Program-made: the position numbers and the translations under genes
Notes under the pieces: model-generated
Told to the model about the DNA's origin: nothing
What the model saw: the letters and a program-made list of their open reading frames with translations, nothing else
Databases searched by the model: none
In this document: piece by piece, positions 8,981-16,831 of the stretch
Numbering within the stretch: position 1 is the stretch's first letter
Layout: each line of letters begins with the position of its first letter
DNA from: a virus
Lineage: Duplodnaviria; Caudoviricetes
DNA length: 64,000 bases
Virus record (IMG/VR): IMGVR_UViG_3300028603_000041
Location: 5,998 to 69,997 of that record
Strand: one strand, 5' to 3'

Positions 8981-10350
8981 GTTGGTATTTCCATTTTCAT
9001 CTTGGGTTCATAGCTGTCTGTTTCTTTGTATGCCTGTAGGACTTCTTTCTTTACCAGGTCCCTCATATGCTCTGTCATGGAAGCGGCCATTGCTCTAGAC
9101 TGTTCATCCTTGCGCTTGATGTTTTGGAGCACAGGTCCTTCTCGCTCCTCAACTATAATGTGAATGTCAACTGGCTGCTGCTGCCCAAATCTCCATATCC
9201 TGCGAGTTGCTTGGAACAGTGATTCCCAAGAATCATTTAATCCGACGAATACAGCCTTATGACACACTTGAAAGTTCATACCCCATCCGGCTATTTCAGG
9301 CTTACTAACCAATCTCCTTATCTTGCCGGAGGCAAACTCAAGCAATCTTTCCGCCTTGGTTTCATTGTCGTGTCTGCCGGCAACTTCAACCGCTTCATCA
9401 ATTAGCTTTGCGAGTAAAGTTCCTTCATCGTTTAGATTGCACCATATCAACCACCGATCATCAGTAGAATTGATAAGATCGGCAGCAGCTTTGCATCTAG
9501 TCTCTATCGTTTCCTTGCGAACCCTTCTGCGGTCATTCAAGTCAGTTACCTGAACAAGAAAAAATCCTCTCCGCTTTGCACCTTTTGGGGCAGAAAGTAT
9601 ATGCTCATGGTAGTTTATCGGTGGTAGGTCAAAACCTCCGTTATCAAACCCAAGGTCTTGAGGCATGTTCACTACCGCTCCCCAACTTGCCAACCAGCTC
9701 CAGAACACGTTGTCTTTCGCATGACCTTTCAAACGCCATTTGCCAGTATCTCCAGTATCATTTATGAAGAACGTGGAGCGCATTTCAGAATGAGTCATTA
9801 TGCCAAGGAACTCTGCTTGATTACCAAGTTCAGTGTAATCGTTAGGGGCTGGAGTAGCAGTACAGGACAGCCGGTATGGAGTTTCCTTGAATGCCTGGAT
9901 TATCTGGTTTCTCGTGGTTCCGGAAAACGACTTTAGGATGCTACTTTCATCCAACACTACACCGGCAAACGCTGAAGGATCAAATTTATGCAGCTTTTCA
10001 TAATTGGTTACATTCACACCATTCCAGACATCGTCTTGAGATTGAACAACTTTACTCTTGATACCGAACTTTTTACCTTCCTGCACTGTCTGCTCACTGA
10101 CCGCAAGTGGAGCAAGGATAAGCACAGGAGCCTTGGTGTGTCTATAGATTAGTCTTGCCCAGTCAAGCTGTTGGATAGTTTTACCAAGCCCTGTGCCTTC
10201 AAATAGTGCAGCTCTTCCTCTGGCTATAGACCATTTAACCAGAGCCTTTTGGAATGGAAATAAGGCTTGGTTAAGATCATTTTCAGACACAGTAAATCCA
10301 GACGGTTTATCTTTGATCTGTTTGTGCAGAAGGAATTCCTGATAATCCAT
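8965..10350 (-). CDS. SNF2/SF2 helicase paired with the methyltransferase
   Basis: GTGLGKT, VLDESSILK, TATPAPND, GMNFQ, RRIWRFGQ. Confidence 0.9.
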   Translation of the reverse strand: MDYQEFLLHKQIKDKPSGFTVSENDLNQALFPFQKALVKWSIARGRAALFEGTGLGKTIQQLDWARLIYRHTKAPVLILAPLAVSEQTVQEGKKFGIKSKVVQSQDDVWNGVNVTNYEKLHKFDPSAFAGVVLDESSILKSFSGTTRNQIIQAFKETPYRLSCTATPAPNDYTELGNQAEFLGIMTHSEMRSTFFINDTGDTGKWRLKGHAKDNVFWSWLASWGAVVNMPQDLGFDNGGFDLPPINYHEHILSAPKGAKRRGFFLVQVTDLNDRRRVRKETIETRCKAAADLINSTDDRWLIWCNLNDEGTLLAKLIDEAVEVAGRHDNETKAERLLEFASGKIRRLVSKPEIAGWGMNFQVCHKAVFVGLNDSWESLFQATRRIWRFGQQQPVDIHIIVEEREGPVLQNIKRKDEQSRAMAASMTEHMRDLVKKEVLQAYKETDSYEPKMKMEIPTWMTT

Positions 10351-11355
10351 CTATTCCTCCAGAGCTACAACGTGGACAAACCCGTTCTCCCCCTCAACCT
10401 TCAGAGCGGTATCGCCAACCGTGACTTTCTTCGCCAGCTTTGCCATTTCCTTGAGGAACAGAGGATGGGACTTGAAAGTGAGGTTATCGCCGGTGTACTT
10501 TAGCCTAAGGGTTTGTTCCGCCCAACCATCCGGCCCTTCGCCCCTGACTGTCATGTTGCCTTTGGTTAGCAGTACAGAAACCTCCTGCTCGTACTTGATT
10601 TTGTCATCCGCCATAACCGCAGCCCAATCCAGGGCTTCATTAAGTTCTTTGGGGAAGGATATCTCTACACCATCATTGATGATGAACCCTGAAAGGTCCG
10701 GATACTCACCCTCCACCATACGCACAGCATAAACCACCCCACCTTCATTGCGGAAATGGAGCCAGTGACCGTTTATTCCATCCTCGGTTGGTTTGTAATC
10801 CTTCAGCTGCTCAAGGTGTTTGGCAACGATTTTGATATCCCCTTCCATCTTTAAGGTAAAGCCACCCTGCCTTGTCATGCGGAACTCATCACAGGTTTCC
10901 ATGAATTCATCGGCGATGTGAACGCAGGTGAGGATCGGCAGGTGCCCGGAGCGTGAGGCTGAAAACAACACATTTTGCAGTGCAGGCAGGAACCCTTCCG
11001 GTATATCATTCCACTCCTCAGGCTCCACCAGCTCCTCGTCCAAAGGCAGCTTGATATCAGGGTCCATCCGTATCCCGGCACGGTTCCTGCCTGCTTTCAG
11101 CTTCAGCTCGTTTTCACCCTCAGCTATCTCTACCTCAACATCCGGGCTGAGCTTAGCGAGGAACTGGTAGAGGGGCTCTGCCGGTACTGCCCCAGTGATG
11201 CCGATCTCTAGCGGTGCCATCACGGCAACCTCATCGTTGAAGGTCCAGGCGTGCCCATCCTTGAAGATGATTGAGGTTGCCTGCTCCAGGATTTCCTTAT
11301 TAGCCAAGCCTGGTTTAACGAGTTCCAGTGTTTTCTTTAGTTCTTGTGTTTTCAT
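10351..11355 (-). CDS. dnaN: beta-type sliding clamp
   Basis: 334 aa, three repeated domains, ILTCVHI, ETCDEFRM, EGEYPDL motif typical of DnaN. Confidence 0.75.
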   Translation of the reverse strand: MKTQELKKTLELVKPGLANKEILEQATSIIFKDGHAWTFNDEVAVMAPLEIGITGAVPAEPLYQFLAKLSPDVEVEIAEGENELKLKAGRNRAGIRMDPDIKLPLDEELVEPEEWNDIPEGFLPALQNVLFSASRSGHLPILTCVHIADEFMETCDEFRMTRQGGFTLKMEGDIKIVAKHLEQLKDYKPTEDGINGHWLHFRNEGGVVYAVRMVEGEYPDLSGFIINDGVEISFPKELNEALDWAAVMADDKIKYEQEVSVLLTKGNMTVRGEGPDGWAEQTLRLKYTGDNLTFKSHPLFLKEMAKLAKKVTVGDTALKVEGENGFVHVVALEE

Positions 11356-11524
11356 CTACCCCTCCGATCAGATAGTTAAAACAGTAACCAGATGTGAACT
11401 TCGGGTCCTGGCAATGGTAATAGGAGAACAACCTGCCTCCAGGGCCATAATCCACAATGAATCTCTCTCTCTCAGCTCTTTGGTTGTTTGGCATTCCAGA
11501 TTCTGACGCTATGTAAATCAGCAT
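11315..11524 (-). CDS. DpdA N-terminal-like module F (only intact copy)
   Basis: MLIYIAS..AERERF..GRLFSYYHC; (GA)6 tract at 11462-11473 is in frame. Confidence 0.7.
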   Translation of the reverse strand: MLIYIASESGMPNNQRAERERFIVDYGPGGRLFSYYHCQDPKFTSGYCFNYLIGGVDENTRTKENTGTR

Positions 11525-11690
11525 TTAATTCCCTCATGCAAAACCTGAATATATGTCTGCGAATGAAGAACGGGCCATTTATTTCTCCGTAGGATAATAA
11601 CCTGCCCAAACACAAGCTACTCGATAATCGAGTAGCTTGTCAGCGGTTGTGTGGTAAGTCAGAACCACCACCAGCAAGGTAAATCCTCAC
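11472..11690 (-). pseudogene. DpdA N-terminal-like module E, in-frame TGA
   Basis: GTG 11690 overlaps the dpdA stop; MRIYLAGGGSDLPHNR*QATRLSSSLCLGRLLSYGEI; TGA at 11640-11642. Confidence 0.7.
11612..11640. repeat. perfect 14-bp inverted repeat abutting the TGA of module E
   Basis: ACAAGCTACTCGAT-A-ATCGAGTAGCTTGT. Confidence 0.9.
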
Positions 11691-12595
11691 AGTCCAAACC
11701 CCCGCTTCTTCTTCATCTTGAACGGCCAGGGCCACTCCGGCAGGTTCTTCTCCAGATCCGCATAATAGATGATATTCAGTTCATCCCGTTTGCGGTAATC
11801 ATTGGACAGCCCTGATTCCACCATTCGCTCAACCTTACCCTTACCGGCCTTTTCCCTGACTGCTTTCTTCTCACACCACCGCTCCCCATCTTTCAGCTCG
11901 TAGCTTGGAGGTTTATCGAACCATTCACTCTTACCGAGGGCATACCCCTTTGATGTGAAGTAATCCAGCACCAACTGTTTCACCCTCTTTGGCATCCGGT
12001 CTATGTGATCCGGGTCCACTGCTGAGTTGGGGGAACGGTTGGATACGGTGACTTTGAAGGGTGGTTCCTGGTAGCTGTACTCCCCATTACGCAATGCGGG
12101 GACGTATACCCCGCCAGTTCTGGCGGTAATGATCCAGCTTGTGCTGTCAACACTATACCAGGGGTAACGTAACATGACAGTGAAATTGGTGACAGCAAAT
12201 CCATGTACCTTTATAATGGGCATACCATCGGAATCAGTTAGATATTTAGAAAACAATGTATCCAACCAAGGGGATAGTTTATCCGTGGTGTTGTTTTGGG
12301 CAACTCCTAATGCGATATAGTCGTGCCCTCTATCAATGTATCGACGAAGCCATTTAATATCGCTACCGAAGTGGAACACCGGTAATGGTTCCAACCCAGC
12401 TTTTTCCATAATGAGTTGGTTTCTAAAGGTAGCATCTGGATTTTTTATAACATCCAGATTAGCGTACACCTCTAAATGCCGCTTGTACTTTTTGATAAAT
12501 TCGATGTATTCTTGGATATCGATCTTGATTCCCTGGGTAAAAGCCGAATAAGCTCCGGAGTCTAAGAATATTTTGATTGGTTTTTTACTTTGCAC
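11687..12595 (-). CDS. dpdA: DpdA-like (TGT-fold) DNA 7-deazaguanine transglycosylase, core starting at the DSG strand
   Basis: IFLDSGAYS, ANLDVI, PVFH, YIALG, VHGFA, PWYSVDSTSW; own RBS GGGAGG before GTG; linked to folE/queD/queE. Confidence 0.85.
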   Translation of the reverse strand: MQSKKPIKIFLDSGAYSAFTQGIKIDIQEYIEFIKKYKRHLEVYANLDVIKNPDATFRNQLIMEKAGLEPLPVFHFGSDIKWLRRYIDRGHDYIALGVAQNNTTDKLSPWLDTLFSKYLTDSDGMPIIKVHGFAVTNFTVMLRYPWYSVDSTSWIITARTGGVYVPALRNGEYSYQEPPFKVTVSNRSPNSAVDPDHIDRMPKRVKQLVLDYFTSKGYALGKSEWFDKPPSYELKDGERWCEKKAVREKAGKGKVERMVESGLSNDYRKRDELNIIYYADLEKNLPEWPWPFKMKKKRGFGL

Positions 12596-12731
12596 GATAT
12601 CCTCCCATGCCTCATGTTGGATTTGATTAGGTTGGCAGAAAAAGAAGGAGTTCAGTCTATCGGCTTTGAAATCGCAAATGTTTCTCTCTCTCTACCAGTA
12701 ACGTAGTGCCCGCTAAATACAAGGTTTGCAT
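12596..12731 (-). pseudogene. DpdA N-terminal-like module D, frameshifted in (AG)5
   Basis: MQTLYLAGTTLLVERE/RNICDFKADRLNSFFF; adding one AG at 12684-12693 gives a continuous frame into dpdA. Confidence 0.75.
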
Positions 12732-12844
12732 ATCTTTATCCTGAACCAACCAATGGTAGGACCAAAGCCTTTTGTCCCACAGGACCAATACCTCTCTCTC
12801 TTAGCCCAGCCCCCGCCCGGAACTCCCGCCAGGTAGATTCTCAT
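12713..12844 (-). pseudogene. DpdA N-terminal-like module C, frameshifted in (AG)5
   Basis: MRIYLAGVPGGGWAKRE/VLVLWDKRLWSYHWL; tract 12792-12801, -1 or +2 AG units restore the frame. Confidence 0.75.
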
Positions 12845-13001
12845 CCTCTCCCCCAACATGGAACAGGAAATACTGCATTATCCGATACCGATCTTCTTTC
12901 AGGTAAGCGTAGGAAAACATCCTGTTTGCTCCGACCTATTCAGCAAACCTTTCCTGATCCACCCCATGCCCCGCAACCCAACCGCTGATGTAGATGTTCA
13001 T
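12801..13001 (-). pseudogene. DpdA N-terminal-like module B, in-frame TAG
   Basis: MNIYISGWVAGHGVDQERFAE*VGANRMFSYAYL; TAG at 12936-12938. Confidence 0.7.
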
Positions 13002-13156
13002 TCCTTTTCTCGATTCTGCAGGTACAAATCCTTGTTGCCTCTTTTGTTATCGACTGCAAGGAAGAAATAGGACAAGAGCCGGCATTCGTACTGTTGAGAA
13101 TCAAGTACCTCTTTCTGCACTTTCTCTAACCAAGTGCTGAGATATTATATCTTCAT
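12998..13156 (-). pseudogene. DpdA N-terminal-like module A, in-frame TAA at codon 4
   Basis: ATG overlaps the folE stop; MKI*YLSTWLEKVQKEVLDSQQYECRLLSYFFL; TAA at 13145-13147 looks like a 3-nt insertion. Confidence 0.7.
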
Positions 13157-13713
13157 GCCCTAGCCCATAGTGTCATGAGTTCATTCCTGACAGCAACCCC
13201 GGCATTGGAATGCTCAAGGAATACTCCTTTGAGGCTGCTGTACCCCATCATGGAGCCCTGTTTCTTAACCCCGCGGCAAGCAATGCAAAGGTGCTTGGCC
13301 TCAATCAGACACGCAGCTCCAACCGGATTCAAATACTGCATCAGGGCTTCTGTAACCTGCTCCCCGATCCGTTCCTGAATCTGCAATCTCCTGGTGTAGA
13401 TATCCAGCAACCTTGCAAGCTTCGATACTCCGATCACCCTACCGTTTGGGATGTAAGCGATCATTGCAGTGCCCCAAAACGGCAGCATATGGTGTTCACA
13501 GGTGCTGTAAAATTCGACCCCTTTCAGGTAGATCAATCCCTTGGCTCCATCCCCATCAAAGTCTTTGAAAACGTCCTCCGGCTTTTGCTTGTAGCCGGCA
13601 AACATTTCATCCCATGAGCGAACCACCCTGGAAGGAGTTTCGAGCAGTCCTTCCCTGGTCGGGTCCTCACCGATATAGCGCAGAAGGCTTACAATATGTT
13701 CCTCGATCTTCAT
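13153..13713 (-). CDS. folE: GTP cyclohydrolase I
   Basis: GEDPTREGLLETPSRV, STCEHHMLPF, GVSKLARL, RRLQIQER, HLCIACRGV. Confidence 0.97.
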   Translation of the reverse strand: MKIEEHIVSLLRYIGEDPTREGLLETPSRVVRSWDEMFAGYKQKPEDVFKDFDGDGAKGLIYLKGVEFYSTCEHHMLPFWGTAMIAYIPNGRVIGVSKLARLLDIYTRRLQIQERIGEQVTEALMQYLNPVGAACLIEAKHLCIACRGVKKQGSMMGYSSLKGVFLEHSNAGVAVRNELMTLWARA

Positions 13714-13746
13714 TCCTCCTCCTTGGTTTCTATTGAACTTTCTCCA

Positions 13747-14622
13747 TCAACGTCCTCTTTTAGAAAACAGACCACGTTTTGGTAGGGGTTTCGACGCTAT
13801 AATTGCTATTTCTGTGGCTACCTCTGGGAACAATATCGGAAAGAAGGACATTAACCATTCATTTGGTAGATATTCGGAAAAGCGCTGATAAAGTTCCTTG
13901 ATGGTAACGTTGTTCTGTTCTTTTTCTATGTAATCGTCAAAATCCTTACGCTTACTAACCAACCCAAATACATTTAGTAGCTCAAACCCTATTTCTTTTA
14001 GTGCGGCGGACAATTCGTCCAAATCCCACTCATATAAATGGGCTTTGTACTGCGTATCGTATGGATCTTTCTTTTCCCGAGTATTTGGGCAAGATATGAA
14101 CAGGATCTTACCTGGTTTGAGAACATTGTGACAGGCTTGCAAAGATTTATACCCAGCTTCTTTTTGCATATGCTCGATGGCCGATGTGTATACAATCAGA
14201 TCAAACTTTTTTTGTAGGTGTTGGTCCATTTCTTCTGCGGAACAAAGAACGTGTTTGATTGGAAATGAGTAATACTCGTCGAGATTTTCGATGGTTTTGA
14301 TACCGCTGCGACGTAATTGTTCCTTAATGTTTTTTTCAGAAATATCAACGCCGGTGTACCCAGCAATGTCCCGTTTATACCAGCGTATCAGAGGGAGCAG
14401 TAAACCCCTTCCACAACAGACGTCTAACACCTGATCGTCTTTCCTCATCATGGTAACAACCTTATGGTGTTGGATGTAATTCATGACGTCCAGCGAACTA
14501 AAAAATCCATCTGCGAACTGTCTGTAAAAGTTTCGCATTTGGTAGGTAGTACAATATATTTCCCTTGGGTTCATATCATCTTCGACCCTGAAAACGATCT
14601 TTTTACCATCGTACTCTTTCAT
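13747..14622 (-). CDS. class I SAM-dependent methyltransferase in the deazaguanine cassette
   Basis: VLDVCCGRG, GVDIS, TSAIEHM, LKPGKILFISCPN. Confidence 0.85.
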   Translation of the reverse strand: MKEYDGKKIVFRVEDDMNPREIYCTTYQMRNFYRQFADGFFSSLDVMNYIQHHKVVTMMRKDDQVLDVCCGRGLLLPLIRWYKRDIAGYTGVDISEKNIKEQLRRSGIKTIENLDEYYSFPIKHVLCSAEEMDQHLQKKFDLIVYTSAIEHMQKEAGYKSLQACHNVLKPGKILFISCPNTREKKDPYDTQYKAHLYEWDLDELSAALKEIGFELLNVFGLVSKRKDFDDYIEKEQNNVTIKELYQRFSEYLPNEWLMSFFPILFPEVATEIAIIASKPLPKRGLFSKRGR

Positions 14623-14653
14623 GTTGTTCCTCCTTAACTGAAGGAAGCGGTTC

Positions 14654-14685
14654 GACCTTAGTAGTGCCGAGGAACTACTAAGGTC
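14654..14685. other. 12-bp intergenic hairpin
   Basis: GACCTTAGTAGT / ACTACTAAGGTC with an 8-nt loop. Confidence 0.7.
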
Positions 14686-14711
14686 TCTACTGATTGTGTT
14701 TCGGTACTTTT

Positions 14712-15572
14712 TTAGAAGGGATATTTATTGATCAACTTCAATGCCGAGAAACATCTACGGACGTTGCTGTATTCGGCCTGAATGGTGGTTTGTTTTACTA
14801 GAACTCCAAACGCTTCCACTTTTGTTATGATGGTTTTTAGATCAGCTTCCGGGTTTTCGCAGATTATTTTGGTTACTTGAGAAACGGCTGATGTGGGTTT
14901 TCCCTCACCATCCCCGGCCTTTTCCGGTTTCTTTCCCTTCTCACCGCCAGCAGCCTTCCCAGCTTTCTCCGGCTTCTTCCCCTTACCAGCCTTTTCCGCC
15001 TTAGGTGTCTGCTCAGCTACCGCGGCCTTGGCCAGTTCCTCTCTCATGGTGCCGAACAGTTCCCACGCCTTTTCTCCACCGTCGACTGCCAAGATGGTAT
15101 CCTTGTCCTCAGGTGTGAGTAAGGACACATGCTCTCCAAGCTCCATCTTGCACTGATCATCCGTCATTTCCGCGATGTTGGGTCGGTCTTTCTCCTCCCA
15201 AACCACCTCAGCCAAAATCTCAAAGGCTCTCCTCTCAGGAGCAACCTCTACCGGTTCGGTCTTCTTTCCTTTGTCCTTAGCCTTGGCGGCGGCCGCAGCA
15301 GCTGCCTTTCCTTTGTCGTTTCCTTTCTTTCCTGCCATTTCAATCTCCTTTTGGTAGTCTTGAATGAAGTATTCCGTCATCCTGGTTCCGAACCGGACGG
15401 CCCTCTCGTACTCAGCCCGCTCGCTATCGTAGCGGGAAATTAGCTTGCTGTAAGTATGCTTGTTGTCCCTGAACTCGCCCTTGCCAAGCTCCAGACTCAT
15501 CTGGTTGATGGCTTGGATCAAAGTTGCTCTAGTTTGGTTCTCTACGTTTTGGATTGCTGTCATGACGTTCAT
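14712..15572 (-). CDS. Lys/Ala-rich hypothetical protein, possible DNA-binding protein
   Basis: KAEKAGKGKKPEKAGK repeats and a helical C-terminal domain; strong RBS. Confidence 0.55.
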   Translation of the reverse strand: MNVMTAIQNVENQTRATLIQAINQMSLELGKGEFRDNKHTYSKLISRYDSERAEYERAVRFGTRMTEYFIQDYQKEIEMAGKKGNDKGKAAAAAAAKAKDKGKKTEPVEVAPERRAFEILAEVVWEEKDRPNIAEMTDDQCKMELGEHVSLLTPEDKDTILAVDGGEKAWELFGTMREELAKAAVAEQTPKAEKAGKGKKPEKAGKAAGGEKGKKPEKAGDGEGKPTSAVSQVTKIICENPEADLKTIITKVEAFGVLVKQTTIQAEYSNVRRCFSALKLINKYPF

Positions 15573-15595
15573 CTCTTCTCTCCTTTTGACCTTGC

Positions 15596-16015
15596 CTATT
15601 GGGAGTCTTCTACGGTGTTCATGGCAGCTAGTGCTTTGGCTACCGTGCCTCTACGCTGAATGATCTGGTTTGCCTGGTTGCGGGGGAGCTTCCTTTTGCG
15701 GCAGTTGTTGATGTGCTTGAGGATGTCCCCGGCGTCAGCTTGGACGTACTGGGCAACAGCAGCGGCGAACTCTTTCATAGAGCGATCTTGCCTGCTGCTG
15801 TTGCATTTTTTGCAGCTTGTGACCAGGTTGCTTGGGCTGTTGCTACCGCCCTTGCTGTGCGGGACGCAGTGGTCCATGCTAAGCTGAATCCCATCTTCCA
15901 AGCTAGCACCGCACCAGGCGCAGCTAAGTCCGCCCCGGAGGTAGATGGCTAAACGAGTGGTGGGGCGGCACCAGTTCATCCCCTGCCAGTTGTTTTTTCG
16001 ATCCCCGTTTGCCAT
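15596..16015 (-). CDS. HNH endonuclease-family protein
   Basis: CAWCG, MDHCVPHSKGGSNSPSNLVTSCKKCNS; likely start ATG 16015. Confidence 0.85.
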   Translation of the reverse strand: MANGDRKNNWQGMNWCRPTTRLAIYLRGGLSCAWCGASLEDGIQLSMDHCVPHSKGGSNSPSNLVTSCKKCNSSRQDRSMKEFAAAVAQYVQADAGDILKHINNCRKRKLPRNQANQIIQRRGTVAKALAAMNTVEDSQ

Positions 16016-16054
16016 CTTGTGTTCCTTTGTTTGAAATTTCCTCATCCGTTGATT

Positions 16055-16086
16055 AATATATAATGGTTAAATTTTAAAAAGTAAAG
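16055..16086 (-). promoter_or_regulatory. early promoter, exact 32-bp repeat (copy 1)
   Basis: identical to 25626-25657; minus strand reads TTTACT-N17-TATATA. Confidence 0.75.
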
Positions 16087-16135
16087 AACTATTTTGCCTT
16101 TTTTCCGCAAAATCGGCAAAAAAGTTTCACTTTTT

Positions 16136-16831
16136 TTAAGCCACCCCGATCAGTTTATGTAGCTGGAGGTTCAAGGTGATCGGCAGCTTGCTTTCTATGA
16201 TCCTTTTTGCCAATGTTTCCAGATCAATAACTATACCATTCGGGAATGATCTGTATCCGAATGCTCCGAGAGGCTTGTTCATAATCGGCGATATGGTAAG
16301 CCCAATCCAGGGCCAGGTCTTCAGCATTTCAGCAGCCTGCTCAAAGGCTCTATCCACATCTGCCCAGGAAGCCACAACAAATTTTACATAACACCCGTTA
16401 ATCCCGAGATCACCGGGGTAGAAGGTGTATGGAACTCTTCCCATAGCATCCATACCCTTGCAGTCCACAACCCAGTAATCGACCATGTACTGGGTGCCGA
16501 TTGGTAGGGTTCCATTGGTTTCAACCTGGATTTGTACCATCGGGTCACGCTTTTTCAGCTTGAAAATGAGCTCCTTTAATGCCTCTTTCTGTAGCAGTGG
16601 CTCCCCACCTGTAATGAGGATCTGTTCTCTGCCGTACTCCAGCAGCCTGCCCGCCAGCATATCAACATTCCATTCTTCCCCAGCCATAGGGTCACAAGCC
16701 CATTCGGTGTCACAGAACGGGCAGTGAAGAAAGCACCCAGCTAGACGGAGGAACAAGGTCGGAGAGCCCTGCTGGAACCCGCCTACCTCTCCGCTCAAGC
16801 TCTCGAATATTTCAGCAACCTGGATTTTCAT
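16136..16831 (-). CDS. queE: 7-carboxy-7-deazaguanine synthase (radical SAM)
   Basis: EIFESLSGE, FLRLAGCFLHCPFCDT, ITGGEPLLQ, VETNGT, LQLHK. Confidence 0.95.
   Translation of the reverse strand: MKIQVAEIFESLSGEVGGFQQGSPTLFLRLAGCFLHCPFCDTEWACDPMAGEEWNVDMLAGRLLEYGREQILITGGEPLLQKEALKELIFKLKKRDPMVQIQVETNGTLPIGTQYMVDYWVVDCKGMDAMGRVPYTFYPGDLGINGCYVKFVVASWADVDRAFEQAAEMLKTWPWIGLTISPIMNKPLGAFGYRSFPNGIVIDLETLAKRIIESKLPITLNLQLHKLIGVA

Noticed and set aside
11612-11642. SECIS element / selenocysteine at the module E UGA
   Set aside because: The perfect stem with a U/A loop lacks the apical G and bulged U of bacterial SECIS, and no Cys is expected at this position in the paralogs; kept only as a generic hairpin.
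13142-13149. New promoter created by the insertion in module A (TATAAT on the minus strand)
   Set aside because: No acceptable -35 or extended -10 at the right spacing.
11315-13156. Stop-codon reassignment (alternative genetic code) explaining the interrupted modules
   Set aside because: TAA, TAG and TGA all occur as interruptions and all three end normal genes here (e.g. TAG ends the clamp and polymerase genes); two modules are frameshifted instead.
11315-13156. General sequencing error or whole-phage decay as the cause of the lesions
   Set aside because: Flanking multi-kb ORFs are intact, so the lesions are concentrated in the modules. It cannot be fully excluded without reads.
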